Shown here: positions 19,280 to 31,800 of the stretch, piece after piece
How positions within the stretch are numbered: the stretch's first letter is position 1
How the letters are laid out: each line of letters begins with the position of its first letter
IMG/VR virus record: IMGVR_UViG_3300025674_000016
Location: 32,001 to 96,000 of that record
Source: a virus
Reading direction: 5' to 3' (one strand)
DNA length: 64,000 bases
The notes under the pieces: generated by a model
Told to the model about the DNA's origin: nothing
The model's input: the letters and a program-made list of their open reading frames with translations, nothing else
Database searches by the model: none
Position numbers and translations under genes: made by a program

Positions 19280-22200
19280 ATGTCAATTAAAGATCTTTTT
19301 CAACCCAAAAGAGCCCTTAAAGTTTTATCCCAAAAAAGTGTGGAAGAAGTGGCATCTGATGTCGAATCAGTCGAGTATCTAAGATTAGCCATTCAAGATA
19401 AGAAAAGATTCTTTCCACAAGTCGATTTTTCAAGACCAGGTACTTTTTCAAAGTTTGGGTCAGCGGAAGAATATTTCGAATCTTCTATCTTCAGAATATA
19501 CGCGCAATATCCATATGACGGCTCCTTAAAAGAAAAGTTACAATGGGAACTAAGCTCTTCGTATTTGGATCTTCATATATTTGAAAACGAGTACCCTAGG
19601 ACTAATGGCTACGCTATTTTCTCACCAAGCGGGTGGGGTACTCTTCAAACAACTGTAGGTGATTATGGAGAGTCAAATAGTGATGAGTATATCACCTTAA
19701 AGGGTGGCCCCAACAAAGATCCCAACACGTCAGAAACAAAAAAGATTTTTCCATCAGACGGTGGCATTGCAAACATTTATGACACCTCCAATAATAGAGA
19801 ATCTAACTTAAAATTTGATCTTAGAAATAACGGCGTTACCATTGAATTCTGGTTTAAGCAGGACTCTTTTAATGTTGCAGATACTAAAAAGCAAGTAATT
19901 TTTGATCTATGGAACGGGCAGCCTTCTTCAAGTGCTGATTACGGAAGGCTAACGCTAGAAATATCAGGCACAGCCGCCTCTGAGTCTCCTTTTTATGTCA
20001 CGGCCCAATCGGGTACAGCGGGCTGTTTTAATGAACAAATTGGCTCTTCTATCGCAGGGACTGGCTCTTTAGAGACTTGGAAGCATTACGCCTTCAATTT
20101 TACAAAAAAGATTACAAGCCCCTTTTCTTCCAATGTTCAAGTGAAGTTTTATGTAAACGGGGATCTCAATTCAACTCAATTATTGGGAACCAAAGGGATT
20201 AACGAAGTAACTGGGGATTTAATAGCAAATATTGGAGCCTTGAGGACTTCTCCATCTGGAAACATATTCCACAACCAAGAAATGGAAGGATGGGGCAAAC
20301 TATCTGGCTCCATAGATGAATTTAGATTTTGGAAAACAAGTAGAAGTTCAAAGCAGATCGGCAGATATTGGTTCTCCCAAGTTGGCGGAGGGACAAATAC
20401 AGACCTTGCAAATACAGATCTGGGCGTTTACTATAAATTTAATGAAGGCATAACAGAGAAATCTTCTATTGATTCTGTTGTTTTGGACTATTCTGGTCGC
20501 ATAACTAATGGAACGTGGACTGGGTATACTACTAGTTCTAGAAACACTGGGTCTGCGATGGTGCTGTCTAATGCAGCCGAAAGAGAATTTAAAGACCCTA
20601 TCATTAGAACAAATCACCCAACTTTAAGTGACTTTATCACTTCCAAGAAATTAGATGGTAAGGCATTCGATAGCTATAATTCTTCACAACTTTATAAATC
20701 TTTGCCTGCTTGGGTGCTAGAGGAGGACGAAGAGCACTCTGCTAATATTAAAAAATTAACACAAATAATGTCAAATTATTTTGACACTTTGCATTTGCAG
20801 ATGGACTTGTTTCCTCACATACAAGATGTAACTTATCCCTCTGGATCGCTTACTGGTATTAGTCGCCCCCTTCCTTTCTCAAAAGATCTTTTAACGAGCA
20901 GGGGACTTATCACGCCGGACATCTTTGCAGATGCAACGGTTTTAGAGTATATTGGTGATAGAGATGAAGATAGGGAATATGAAAACGACCTTGAGACAAT
21001 AAAGAATACAATTTATAAAAATATTTATAATAACTTATCTTTTATTTTTAAGTCCAAAGGAACAGAAAAGTCTTTTAGAAATCTCATTAGATGCTTTGGT
21101 GTAGATGATGAACTAGTGAAAGTAAATATGTATGCCAATGAATATACATATACTTTCGAAAATAACTATAAACATATATCAAGGCGAACAAACTACGCCG
21201 ATTTTAATCACCCAACAAGATTCAACGCAACAGTTCACCAATATCCAGACTCAAACAACGTCAATACTGTATCTTACATAAGCGGGTCTAAAAGTGATTA
21301 CTTAGAGCAGGGACTAGCGATTACTTTTGAGACCGAGGTTCTTTTCCCTAAAACATTTGACAAATCCTCAGTACACTTTTTTGATCCTCCTGGGTTGGTA
21401 TCGAGTTTGTTTGGTGCTCACACGGCAGACACTAGCTTATCAGATACGGACACTACGACCGCCACTCCAGATGTTGCCAATTTTCAAGTATTTTCTGTCA
21501 GAAGAGATGAAACTTCTAAAGATGTTACGTTTAAACTAACAGGCTCTGCTGGCGGATATTTCCCAGAGTTAACAAGTAGTATCTTTGCAGACACTTATGA
21601 TAACGAAAGATGGCTCTTGGCTGTTAGAGTTGCGCCAACAAAGTTTCCGAATGTAGGTCAACTAGACGGCGATGACGATACATATACAATAAATTTTTAT
21701 GGTGTCAACACTACATTCGGAGACGTTAGTGGCGAGTTTGAATTAACGGGAACAATACCTAGCAGCCAAGGACTAGAGATTGTATCAAATCCAAAAAGAT
21801 TTTTTATAGGTGCCCATAGAGAAAATCTGACAGGATCGGTTCTAAACAAAACTGATGTAAAAATAAGCAATTGCAAGGTCTGGTATGATTATATATCTAA
21901 CGAAGATCTAAAAGCACACTCTCTAGATCCAGCGAGCTTTGGTACATCAAACCCTTCCCGTAGGGCTTTCCTGCATGAAGACAACATTGGAAAGAAGTCT
22001 ATTTCGCAGGCAGAGACTTTAGCATTACACTGGACATTTGAAACAGTAACCGGCTCAGATAGCGCAGGAAAGTTTTTAGTACCAGACTTATCTTCAGGCT
22101 CAGTGCTCGATGAAAATAGACATGGCTGGATTAGCAAAATTACAAATAGACAGCACTCTGGGCAGGGTTATGGATTCCAATCAAACTTTACAAGCTCTAT

Positions 22201-25200
22201 TGATAAAGATTTTATATTCTCATACAAACAGCAATTGCCTGAGATTCTTTCTAGTGAGGACACAGTAAACATTGTTAATCAAGATGACCTTGTTTTTACT
22301 AGAGAAAACAGACCTCAAAGCTTTTTCTTTGCAATCGAAAAAAGCATGTATCAGGAAATTTCCTATGAGATCCTAAAGATGTTTTCGACAATGAAAGATT
22401 TTAATAATCTTATAGGAGAGCCTGTTCACCGATATCGACAAAGCTATAAAAGTCTTGAAAAACTAAGACAACTATACTTTGAAAGAGTCAGAAACACACC
22501 AGATTTTGAAAGATTTGTTGATTTTTACAAATGGTTTGATGATTCATTATCTGACTTGATAAGACAACTAGTGCCAGCTTCTGCAATGATGTCAGAAGAA
22601 ATAATGACTGTAGTTGAAAGTCATATTTTAGAAAGAAACAAATATTGGCATAAATTCCCAACTTTAGAATCGCAACAAATAGAACCTGAAGCTGGGGCAC
22701 GAGGAATAAACGAGCTTTCTTATAACTGGAAAATTGGCCATGCACCAGTGTCTAGTAGAGAAAGTGATAATTGTTTTTGGTGGAACCAGAAAGCAGAAAG
22801 AGAAGGGGTCGTATCAAGTGGCGATGCGGGGGCCGATTCTAGTAGAGGGTCTATTTTATCTGCTAGTTTGCAAGTATTCAACAGAAAATTGTCCACCCCA
22901 CACAAATTAGTTGTCGGAGAATCTTCTGTTATAAAGTCTGGCGTGTCAATTCACCACAACAACAAGGCCGATTTTTTCAAATCTGAAATCTCCACGCTTG
23001 GAACGCCAAAGACAATAACTGCATCTTTTGATAATTATTTTAAAGATTGCAACGATGACAGACCAGAGACAGAAAAAACAAAAATATCTCTAAGTGTTGA
23101 GGATTTAAGTGTTTTAGACGGAGAGGCTAAAGGAGAAATGGTGTTGCCCTTCTCCGTATTCAGCTCTTCTGCAAACCCTCTTTTTGCAATTTCAACAGAC
23201 AAAGAGATAACAAATCTTCATAAAGATTATTCCAATAAATCATATGAAACCCCACTTCAAGGTCCGTTCACTCAAGAACATGTCGGTGGCCTACAGCATA
23301 GAAACATAGGTGCAATTGATTTTCTAGCCAATACAGATAACAATACAATCAATAGCAGACCTGAAGGTTTTAGAATTAGAATAAATGGAAGCACTGTATA
23401 TGTTGATGGTGCTAGCAAGGGCACTGACGGGGTTACAAACCTAAACCTGCCAAGAGCAATTTTCTTTAGGGATGAGACCTCCAAAAGACCAGTAAACATA
23501 AAAAACATAAAGTCATCTACTTCAAATGGCATCTTAGGCAACTACACCGAAGATCACGAGATAGTGCAAACATCAAATAGGAGAATAAACAATTCTTGGT
23601 TTACCTATAGTGGCAGCGCAGAAAATCTTGAGACACCAAGTGTCTTGGCTGATTTGGATTCTTTTGTAATAGGGACTGGTTCTTTCTCATCTCTAGAAGC
23701 CACAGAATATACCAAGCCACAAAGAGGCAAGAATAAACATGTTATCGTTGAAAGATTCTCAGCCCCCGGCGGTCCAGAAACAGCGGGTGATGCCAATGGC
23801 GGTATTGGACTAGATGCCTTATCTGCGGAATATTCAATCTATAACATGATGAATTACCGCAACAACATTGTTAGAACATCACTAAACGATAGATCGATTG
23901 AGCATGCAGGTCAATTTGGAACAAGGCAAGGCACATCAATTAGTGAATTGGATTACGATAACACTGCTGCTTTCCACAAAGTAAATCGTAACACCCTTAG
24001 AAGAATAGAGTTGAGTGGTTCTAACGACACTATTGTCACAGGAACAGTGAGAGACAATCTTTTCATTCAGCACCCTATTCCTCAAGGAGATTTAGGGTAT
24101 GCTTGGATTACTGCCTCTGCAATTAGCGCACCACTAGGTTACGCTAGGGATTCAAGACAATACCCAACAGCAGCAGATACAATTACATTTCTGAGTGCTA
24201 GCTCTTTTGGCCTCTATGACGACGGAGGAGACATATATTTTGGAATCGATGAGGTAGAGGCAGGGCTCAGCGGATATCCAATGTTTTATAATTTTGATTT
24301 TGTTGGATTAAACATAGGACTGAGCGAGCCTATAGTTTCATCAACCAACACTATTGGATTAGATTCTAGTGAAGATGTTGCAGAATATATAAACAGAACA
24401 GTTGCAATTAGTTTGGGACCATATGACGACTATCGAGCCCGCGTATTAAACTCTATTAACCTTAACAGAAACGGCCCTTATGGATATCCAACCTTCAAAC
24501 AAATTAGAACTGGTGAGCATAAAGTAGCCAGAGACCAGAGGAAAAATAACAGACTAGACCATATTACACCAGCTAGGAGAACTAGGGTATTAGGTAGAGA
24601 AATCGCAATACCACCTGTTAAATCAACGGTTATAGAACCCCCTCTTTCTTCAAGATTCAAGCCAATGTCTCATACATTACGAATGGAAACTAGAATTGAA
24701 GAAGGCGAGAGCGAAGAAAAAGAATTTATTCTTAAGCATACATATGCAAATAACTTGACTTATTTTGCAAACAAGTTCCTTGATGATAGGTTAACTAAAT
24801 TTGATGGCTCACCGCTACAAAATAATATCAGGCAGATCTATAACGAAATTACAGATCTTTATATCCGAGCAGATATGGACGACATGAGAAATCCAGTAAG
24901 CGATTTCATTTCTCTAAGATATAAAGAGACAATTTATCCGAGAGAAGAAAATACTTTCTTGAATAGAACAAGAAGCAGGGTAAACTACGACGTAGCAGAA
25001 ATATTAAAATGGAGAAGCTCGCGGATTGATCGAGCCTCTGGTTCCTTAACAAATTCGCTTGGAGAGCCGCAAACTGCTAGTTTATGGCCTCTAGATGGCC
25101 GCTTTGATGGAACTGGCTTTACGTCTGCAACAACTCTTAGGGTCGATCAAGTCGTGGCTGGCGCAGCGTCACCTGGGCTAGACAACTCTGGCGAACTGTT

Positions 25201-27853
25201 AAACACCTATACACAGTTCCATAACGGGACACCTGCAAACGTTAAGCCCAGTCCTCTATATGCTCGCAGGGATTTATATTATTCTGGTAGTGGAGAGGTT
25301 TTTGCTTGCGGCGATGCTAACTGGCAAGCAGCAGAACAATCCGGTAAGTATCCTTTTTATGATACATATGATGATTTCTCTGAGGAAATTAAAAGATATG
25401 GAAAAGATTATTCCATCGTACCAGAGTTTAGAATATCAGATCACATGGAATATTTTCTCAATGAAACTGAGCTTCCTGATGATCCTAGGGGTTTTAGGAC
25501 AATAATAGACGACCTCTTTAAGACGGAGGGCGCAAGCATAACTTCTAGTGCAGACCCCTCTTTTATTGAAGGAAAAGGTTTTTATCAAGTCTATTCTACT
25601 TCTGACTTTTTAAAATACTTTGATATTCTTGAGGCAGACCATAGTGCAAACGAACAAATAGGTGGCGCAAATTCAATTAGGCTGACATGCAAGGCCATTA
25701 AGAAGTTTAGGCCAAGAGAAGGCTTCTACCCCGCACAAAGAACTATGCAATTGGCAACTTTGTTTAGCAAGTCTTTTGGAAAATATACAAACCTTGAAGG
25801 TTCTGACGCAAACTTTAGAACAATGATGCAGCCTTTCTTTGCCCCTGGTATTATGTACAACTCAATAAAGTCTGGTGTTGCTGTTGATTATCCCGTTTAT
25901 TTGCAGCCTTATGATAAGTTTGTAATTGATGATTCCCTGTCTGTGGGTACTGCTGCTTGGACTCAACTTGCCCTATATTCCGCTGGCGGATATATCAGTA
26001 CTGGATATCCGCCCTTTTACGGCAGAGCTGCAAATTTGGGAAGATACGGAAGCTTAAATGGCAGTAACAAAAAAGAATATGTTTTAAGCTCAAGCTTCCA
26101 GGCTAGAGTGCCATTTGAGGCAATCTTAGACCCATCAATAATTTCTAATGCCCCAATTCATGATAATGAGCCTCACATTAGTGCGTCTTTAAATTCAACT
26201 GCTAGTTTTTATGGTGGGCCAACTATTAATCTTTATTCGCTCGCGGCCCACAACTTTACGGCAGAAGTGGCTAGTTTCTATTTGAAGGGTGGAGGGTTCA
26301 CCTCAATAACATCTAAATCGTCAAGAACACCTAGCTTTTTAACAGTTGAGAAAGTGGGAAATGAGTATAAAGAATACTCTATGGATGTTATCTTAACAGC
26401 ACAATTAGGGCAACAGACTAGTGTTGAAGTTGGTAGCCTTTTTGGAGGAACAACAGAATATGACATTATAACAAAAACTATAGAGATGTATGATAACCCA
26501 ACGGCTTTTGGTCCAATCTGCAATTCAAACTCAAACTCAGGCTCTTTGGAATACGAAGTTGGTGTGCTGGTTGGTACTCCTCTTCATAGTATTACTGCAT
26601 CATATGTTGATGTTACGCCATTTACTCCACCATATTATAATGGTTTTTCAAGAGTAAGGCTAACATACAAGCCAACATTTGACAGAACAACCTTAAGGGG
26701 CTTATTGACAAACATAACAGCCTCTTTTTATAGAGGTTCGATTATGAACTCTGGTTCTTCCGCAGTTTGTGCAACAGACGCAATGCAAATAACAGCATCA
26801 GTAAATGTATTTGACCCAGCTAAGTGCATGCTTACAGATAAATTAGTAGAGTTTGATGAATTAGGAAATATTATTTCAATAAAAGAAGATCCCGATGCTG
26901 GGGATAGGTGGGTAATCTCTACAAAGTTCGAGACACCAGTATTAGATTTTTCAAACGCGGAAAGAGACATTCCCTCTGATGGTAGCGAAGATCGGGGTGT
27001 TGTTCCAAAAGGCATGTGGCACCAATACGGAGAGATACCAACAGGGGAAGAACAAGGCATCTTTTTGCAAATTAAAAACATACCAGAAAGCGAGAAGGAC
27101 AACATAAATCTTACTGGTTCACTTGCAGATCTTGTTGGTTTCGACAACCAACAAAGAACAAAAAAGATTGGACAATTGCCAGATTCAAAAGAAGTTTATG
27201 AAGCAATTGTTGCGATACCTTTCCTTGAGGGTGAGAATGGAGAGCAGAGATTTTTACCCATTCCAAGGCAAGAAGTGGACGCTTCGCTGCTAAACTTAAC
27301 TAACGTACTTAATGTGCAAGCAAGGCCAGTTCTGAATAGTCCAATCACACCAGAACTCCCATCTGCAAATTCTGTTACAAATATGGTGAGAAAAATGCAA
27401 AAATATGTGTTCCCACCAAGATTTGATTTCTTGACTTACTCTGACATAGATCCTTTTGCTATGTATATTTTTGAATTTAAACATGTATTCTCAAAACAGG
27501 ACTTGGCAGACATGTGGCAGAACCTAAGCCCAGCGTCTGCCACAAGTTTTCAGGTTGCAGAGTCCGCGATTCAGCATGATATTCTTGCTAGGGAACTGAT
27601 TAGCTCGGATGATATAAATGGCATGACGGCTAGCGGTAAATTGAGATGGATGGTGTTTAAGGTAAAACAGAAGGGCTCAAAGAACTATTATGAAAAAACA
27701 CTAGCAAACTCAGATGATGACAGGTTCAATGTTGCGCTACCTGGTAGAGATGATGTTGTTCCTGAATATAGTTACAACTGGCCTTATGATTATTTTTCAC
27801 TAGTGGAGCTAATTAAGCTAGAAGCAGAAGTCGAGTATACCAAGAAGGAGTAG
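19280..27853 (+). CDS. giant (2857 aa) baseplate/tail protein with LamG/concanavalin-like domains
   Basis: TIEFW, WKHYA, FYVNG, GSIDEFRFW, YYKFNEG (LamG-like); IFKSKGTEKSFRNLIRCFG resembles a wedge-protein (gp7/gpI-like) motif. Confidence 0.65.
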   Translation: MSIKDLFQPKRALKVLSQKSVEEVASDVESVEYLRLAIQDKKRFFPQVDFSRPGTFSKFGSAEEYFESSIFRIYAQYPYDGSLKEKLQWELSSSYLDLHIFENEYPRTNGYAIFSPSGWGTLQTTVGDYGESNSDEYITLKGGPNKDPNTSETKKIFPSDGGIANIYDTSNNRESNLKFDLRNNGVTIEFWFKQDSFNVADTKKQVIFDLWNGQPSSSADYGRLTLEISGTAASESPFYVTAQSGTAGCFNEQIGSSIAGTGSLETWKHYAFNFTKKITSPFSSNVQVKFYVNGDLNSTQLLGTKGINEVTGDLIANIGALRTSPSGNIFHNQEMEGWGKLSGSIDEFRFWKTSRSSKQIGRYWFSQVGGGTNTDLANTDLGVYYKFNEGITEKSSIDSVVLDYSGRITNGTWTGYTTSSRNTGSAMVLSNAAEREFKDPIIRTNHPTLSDFITSKKLDGKAFDSYNSSQLYKSLPAWVLEEDEEHSANIKKLTQIMSNYFDTLHLQMDLFPHIQDVTYPSGSLTGISRPLPFSKDLLTSRGLITPDIFADATVLEYIGDRDEDREYENDLETIKNTIYKNIYNNLSFIFKSKGTEKSFRNLIRCFGVDDELVKVNMYANEYTYTFENNYKHISRRTNYADFNHPTRFNATVHQYPDSNNVNTVSYISGSKSDYLEQGLAITFETEVLFPKTFDKSSVHFFDPPGLVSSLFGAHTADTSLSDTDTTTATPDVANFQVFSVRRDETSKDVTFKLTGSAGGYFPELTSSIFADTYDNERWLLAVRVAPTKFPNVGQLDGDDDTYTINFYGVNTTFGDVSGEFELTGTIPSSQGLEIVSNPKRFFIGAHRENLTGSVLNKTDVKISNCKVWYDYISNEDLKAHSLDPASFGTSNPSRRAFLHEDNIGKKSISQAETLALHWTFETVTGSDSAGKFLVPDLSSGSVLDENRHGWISKITNRQHSGQGYGFQSNFTSSIDKDFIFSYKQQLPEILSSEDTVNIVNQDDLVFTRENRPQSFFFAIEKSMYQEISYEILKMFSTMKDFNNLIGEPVHRYRQSYKSLEKLRQLYFERVRNTPDFERFVDFYKWFDDSLSDLIRQLVPASAMMSEEIMTVVESHILERNKYWHKFPTLESQQIEPEAGARGINELSYNWKIGHAPVSSRESDNCFWWNQKAEREGVVSSGDAGADSSRGSILSASLQVFNRKLSTPHKLVVGESSVIKSGVSIHHNNKADFFKSEISTLGTPKTITASFDNYFKDCNDDRPETEKTKISLSVEDLSVLDGEAKGEMVLPFSVFSSSANPLFAISTDKEITNLHKDYSNKSYETPLQGPFTQEHVGGLQHRNIGAIDFLANTDNNTINSRPEGFRIRINGSTVYVDGASKGTDGVTNLNLPRAIFFRDETSKRPVNIKNIKSSTSNGILGNYTEDHEIVQTSNRRINNSWFTYSGSAENLETPSVLADLDSFVIGTGSFSSLEATEYTKPQRGKNKHVIVERFSAPGGPETAGDANGGIGLDALSAEYSIYNMMNYRNNIVRTSLNDRSIEHAGQFGTRQGTSISELDYDNTAAFHKVNRNTLRRIELSGSNDTIVTGTVRDNLFIQHPIPQGDLGYAWITASAISAPLGYARDSRQYPTAADTITFLSASSFGLYDDGGDIYFGIDEVEAGLSGYPMFYNFDFVGLNIGLSEPIVSSTNTIGLDSSEDVAEYINRTVAISLGPYDDYRARVLNSINLNRNGPYGYPTFKQIRTGEHKVARDQRKNNRLDHITPARRTRVLGREIAIPPVKSTVIEPPLSSRFKPMSHTLRMETRIEEGESEEKEFILKHTYANNLTYFANKFLDDRLTKFDGSPLQNNIRQIYNEITDLYIRADMDDMRNPVSDFISLRYKETIYPREENTFLNRTRSRVNYDVAEILKWRSSRIDRASGSLTNSLGEPQTASLWPLDGRFDGTGFTSATTLRVDQVVAGAASPGLDNSGELLNTYTQFHNGTPANVKPSPLYARRDLYYSGSGEVFACGDANWQAAEQSGKYPFYDTYDDFSEEIKRYGKDYSIVPEFRISDHMEYFLNETELPDDPRGFRTIIDDLFKTEGASITSSADPSFIEGKGFYQVYSTSDFLKYFDILEADHSANEQIGGANSIRLTCKAIKKFRPREGFYPAQRTMQLATLFSKSFGKYTNLEGSDANFRTMMQPFFAPGIMYNSIKSGVAVDYPVYLQPYDKFVIDDSLSVGTAAWTQLALYSAGGYISTGYPPFYGRAANLGRYGSLNGSNKKEYVLSSSFQARVPFEAILDPSIISNAPIHDNEPHISASLNSTASFYGGPTINLYSLAAHNFTAEVASFYLKGGGFTSITSKSSRTPSFLTVEKVGNEYKEYSMDVILTAQLGQQTSVEVGSLFGGTTEYDIITKTIEMYDNPTAFGPICNSNSNSGSLEYEVGVLVGTPLHSITASYVDVTPFTPPYYNGFSRVRLTYKPTFDRTTLRGLLTNITASFYRGSIMNSGSSAVCATDAMQITASVNVFDPAKCMLTDKLVEFDELGNIISIKEDPDAGDRWVISTKFETPVLDFSNAERDIPSDGSEDRGVVPKGMWHQYGEIPTGEEQGIFLQIKNIPESEKDNINLTGSLADLVGFDNQQRTKKIGQLPDSKEVYEAIVAIPFLEGENGEQRFLPIPRQEVDASLLNLTNVLNVQARPVLNSPITPELPSANSVTNMVRKMQKYVFPPRFDFLTYSDIDPFAMYIFEFKHVFSKQDLADMWQNLSPASATSFQVAESAIQHDILARELISSDDINGMTASGKLRWMVFKVKQKGSKNYYEKTLANSDDDRFNVALPGRDDVVPEYSYNWPYDYFSLVELIKLEAEVEYTKKE

Positions 27854-27858
27854 TAGCA

Positions 27859-28893
27859 TTGACTTTCTTTAATAGAAAAGAAGAAGTAATAGACATAGAA
27901 CTAACACAGTTTGGCAAACACAAGCTATCTAAAGGCATGTTCAAGCCCGCTTATTATGCTTTTTTTGATGATGATGTAATTTATGATTATAAGTTTGCTG
28001 GTATTACCACAGAGACTCAAAATCAAATAACCGACAGAATCAAAGAAACTCCAAGACTTAGAACTCAGTATGCATATAGTGGAATAGAATCTGAGATAAC
28101 AAAAAATATAGCCGACATAAGAAGAGAAAATACAGTTGGAGATAGATTAGAGTTCTTGATGATCCAGCCAACAGCAGAAAAGCATTTCAACAGTGCATCA
28201 CCAATTGGCAATTCACAACTAGGAACTCAGAAATCTCCAACATGGCAATTAAATTTTCTAAAAGGCACAATAAGTGGATCTGTGTCAATACAAACCAATG
28301 CAGAGCAACCGTCTTTGAGAATACCTCAAGTAGATGTAGAGGTAAAATATGTAACCAATGTGCTTAGAGTTGATCAAGTGCCCGAAGAAAATGAAGCTTG
28401 GAATGATTCTGCTACCGATACAACATTAAATATTGAATTTGAAGATGGAACAGATATACATGTAAAAGAAGATTATGTGGTCCTGCAAGTTGAAGAGCTT
28501 AACAGTTTAAACTTAAATAAAGAATTTGATATAGAGGTCTTTAAAGTAGAGAAAGAAGTTGTAAATGGCGAAACAACTGATAGAGAAATGCTGATCCCGC
28601 TCAAGTTTCAACCTGATTTCCAAAAAAATTATAGAATTACTGATAACAATGTTTATGTTCCAACAAGAACTAGAAGACAAGAGATATATGCTCCTGAAAG
28701 AGATAACGTTGAATATTTTCTAGACATAGATATAGATTCGCAAATTGATTCTCAATTGATGTGTGAATTGAAACCAGCAGACAGGACAAAGGGTCTATAT
28801 TCTAAAAGATTCTACGAGTGTGAAGATGTGGTGCAGGAAGTTGACAATATTTATGAACCAGAGTCTCCTTATGAAGACCCGTGTGAGGACTAA
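27859..28893 (+). CDS. probable baseplate/tail structural protein
   Basis: N-terminus IDIELTQFGKHKLSKG.F...YAFFDDDVIY resembles that of the 35621 protein. Confidence 0.55.
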   Translation: MTFFNRKEEVIDIELTQFGKHKLSKGMFKPAYYAFFDDDVIYDYKFAGITTETQNQITDRIKETPRLRTQYAYSGIESEITKNIADIRRENTVGDRLEFLMIQPTAEKHFNSASPIGNSQLGTQKSPTWQLNFLKGTISGSVSIQTNAEQPSLRIPQVDVEVKYVTNVLRVDQVPEENEAWNDSATDTTLNIEFEDGTDIHVKEDYVVLQVEELNSLNLNKEFDIEVFKVEKEVVNGETTDREMLIPLKFQPDFQKNYRITDNNVYVPTRTRRQEIYAPERDNVEYFLDIDIDSQIDSQLMCELKPADRTKGLYSKRFYECEDVVQEVDNIYEPESPYEDPCED

Positions 28894-31800
28894 TGGCTAA
28901 TTTAAGATTTGATACAAGAAGTATATTGGGGACTTTAGTTCCTAATGCCTATATTGATAAGATTACTCTAGAATCTAGTGGCGATGTTAATGTAGAGAAA
29001 AATCCTCATATTGATGAAGTTGCATCTTTTGGGCAGCGAAATATTAGAACAACAACTGACGAGCTAGGCCAACAGTTTATATTGACTGATGAAGAAGAAA
29101 CAGAGCAATTTGACGAGAACCAAGTCCTTGGCGGCGCAGGGTCTTTTTTAACAGTCAAAGTTGACGTGCTTTTAAAAGATATTATAGAAGACAACGCCAT
29201 CTCTTCTTGGCTGGAACAGCGCGATGTTCTTGCGCAGACCCCAAACCTACTTTCACTTCTTAATGTTGCTGCAATTGTTAGTACAGATAAAGATATAACA
29301 AATGTAATTTTAAGATCTAATAATTCGATTGCAGATATGGTCTTTGGCGGGGCAAGCTTAAAATCCAACATAATAAGCTATATATCCCCAAGAATTGGCA
29401 TAAAATCAGATCAAATATTAAACAACCCAGCATATCAAAGAATCCTAGACACTAGGGCAGAAGGCAACAGGCCGCGCTGCGAAGAGAACATAAGAGCAGA
29501 GTCGATTAGATTCAGAATATCTAATAGTAATATTGGCACTCGTGGAAGGTCAGAAATACAAGAAACATCAGACGGAGTTAGAATTAGAAATTTTAATATA
29601 AGATTTCAATTTACAGATATAAAAAATATAAATCCAAATGATTTAGATATTTTTGTTTTTGCATACATTGATATAAATAATTTTTCAGAACAATTACTTG
29701 GATTAGATACGCAATATAACTATAATAGATCTGCTTTACAATTTGCCACTGGCAATGCCGCACATAGATCTATTATATCCAATGGGTCAATTGTCAGAAA
29801 TGCTACTGCATTTAGAAAGTCAGATGGATCTTTTTGGATAGGGCCAGTTCACCAAATGCCCAACGGTGCATGGATGGCGGGGGCTTCTCATGGGGGAGGA
29901 GGTCCAGAAATATTTTTAGAAAAAGTAGTACTGCCTAACATATCCATCCAAGACTTTAGAAATATTGAGAACATAGAAAAAAATATTCAAAATCTATCCC
30001 TTTTTGAATCCACCGCATATCCAGCCTTTGGCAAGATATTCAAAGAAAGAGTAAAGAAAAATCTAACAATCTCAGATGTATCATCTTATTTCTCAGATCT
30101 TTACCTATCCAGAAGCAAAGACGATAGCGCAACTTTATTCTTTTCTTTTAATTTTGATAAGTTTGCAAAAGAAAACACAACCTATCCAAACTTACTATCC
30201 TCTATGCCAAGCTTATTGGCCGAAAATTTTGAGATTTTAAATTTAAAAATAATAAGAAGAAGAGTTCAGAAGCCAAGCAACTTTAAAAATAGTGAAATAG
30301 GATTCGAAGTTGACAGCAGAGAAATACATATATTCGATAAAGAACAAGTAGAGTCCACAGTAATACAGGCCAAGCAAGTTGGATCTTCAATACCCTCTTT
30401 AGAGGGCGCTATTTTTGGAAATTCAATTAGAGAGCTAAGAGCCACTCAAGAAATTGGAGTAAGATGCTTCTCGGTGAAAGACAGGTCCATAGGATCTTCT
30501 ACTGATGGTTTTTATCAATATGGCGTCGAAATACAAGTAAGAGATTCTTTGGCAGACTTTTTAAATTCCAAACTCGCACAACTTGTTCAAGAAAGAAAAA
30601 ACCTTTATAATTATTTTGTGGATGCATCGCGCCCATTTGGATCTCATAGAGATCCAGAAGAGTTACCAAGAGACCCACACGTTAATGTTCTTAGGCGATC
30701 CATTTCAAGCGAACCAGAAGAAGAAGAAAGAGGAAACTATAATCTATACACGAACCGCTTTACCCAAGGGTTTATTGAAAAAATTGAATCAGATTACGCA
30801 ACAAGAGAAAACCAGAAGCCTTGGATAAGAGCAACTTCTTTGATGACAGAAATACTCTTAATCTTATCTGGTGAATCTATAGGCACAGGGACTGATTTTA
30901 ATTATTTATTTGCAAGAGATATATGGACCCTATGTTCCCCGCAAACTGGTACGCCTGACGGAATTCAAACAGTTATTGGTCTTTTAGATCGGATAATCAG
31001 CAGAATGAGCAATATGTTGGGAGCCAGCCACTCAACAGTAACTGAGGACTCTACTGGTGCGACTAGAAGAAATAGTTTAGATGGCGGGGGATCTAGCTCT
31101 TCTTCTTCCGAGGCAAAGAAGAATATTCATACAATAAAATATTATTTTAATAATGCAATTTTTGATTCAAATATAATGAAGCAAACTGGTTTTCACTTCT
31201 TGCCTAGGGTCGGACAAAATGCAAGTGATTTTATTAGCGAAGGTTTTGCGGGAACAACAACTCTAACCTCTGGGCAGTTTAGAGGTAGACATGTAACAGA
31301 GGTTTTGAAATATTTTAATGATCTGAACCCGCAACTTTCCACAGAAGAGGTGACTGATTTTGAACTTATTCAAATGCTAGTAAATATTAATCCATCTAGC
31401 TTTAGTTACTTATCTACATCTACAGTCATGACAAACGGACAATCTTTCTTCTTGGACGGAGAAAGCTCAGACGATAATATTGCTATTTTGGCTAGCAATA
31501 TTATGAACCTTAAGTCGCCCCCAAACGAACCAAAAAGGATGCTCTCTCCAGTCGGCAGAAGCGCGAACGAATGGAATGAAATAACGACCTTAAAAGATAG
31601 AATTATTAGAGACAATTTGATAGATGTGTTAGCCGATAAAAATTGCACAATAGAGACCCCAGCATCACCAGCACTGTTGGTAGAAGATTTAACAATGTCT
31701 CGTTTTCAAACGAGATTGCAGAGAGATAGCGAATCTGACTTATCCGGGCAGAACGTTAATTTTAGAGATTACTTAGGAGAGTCATCTCAAGCCCCAAATC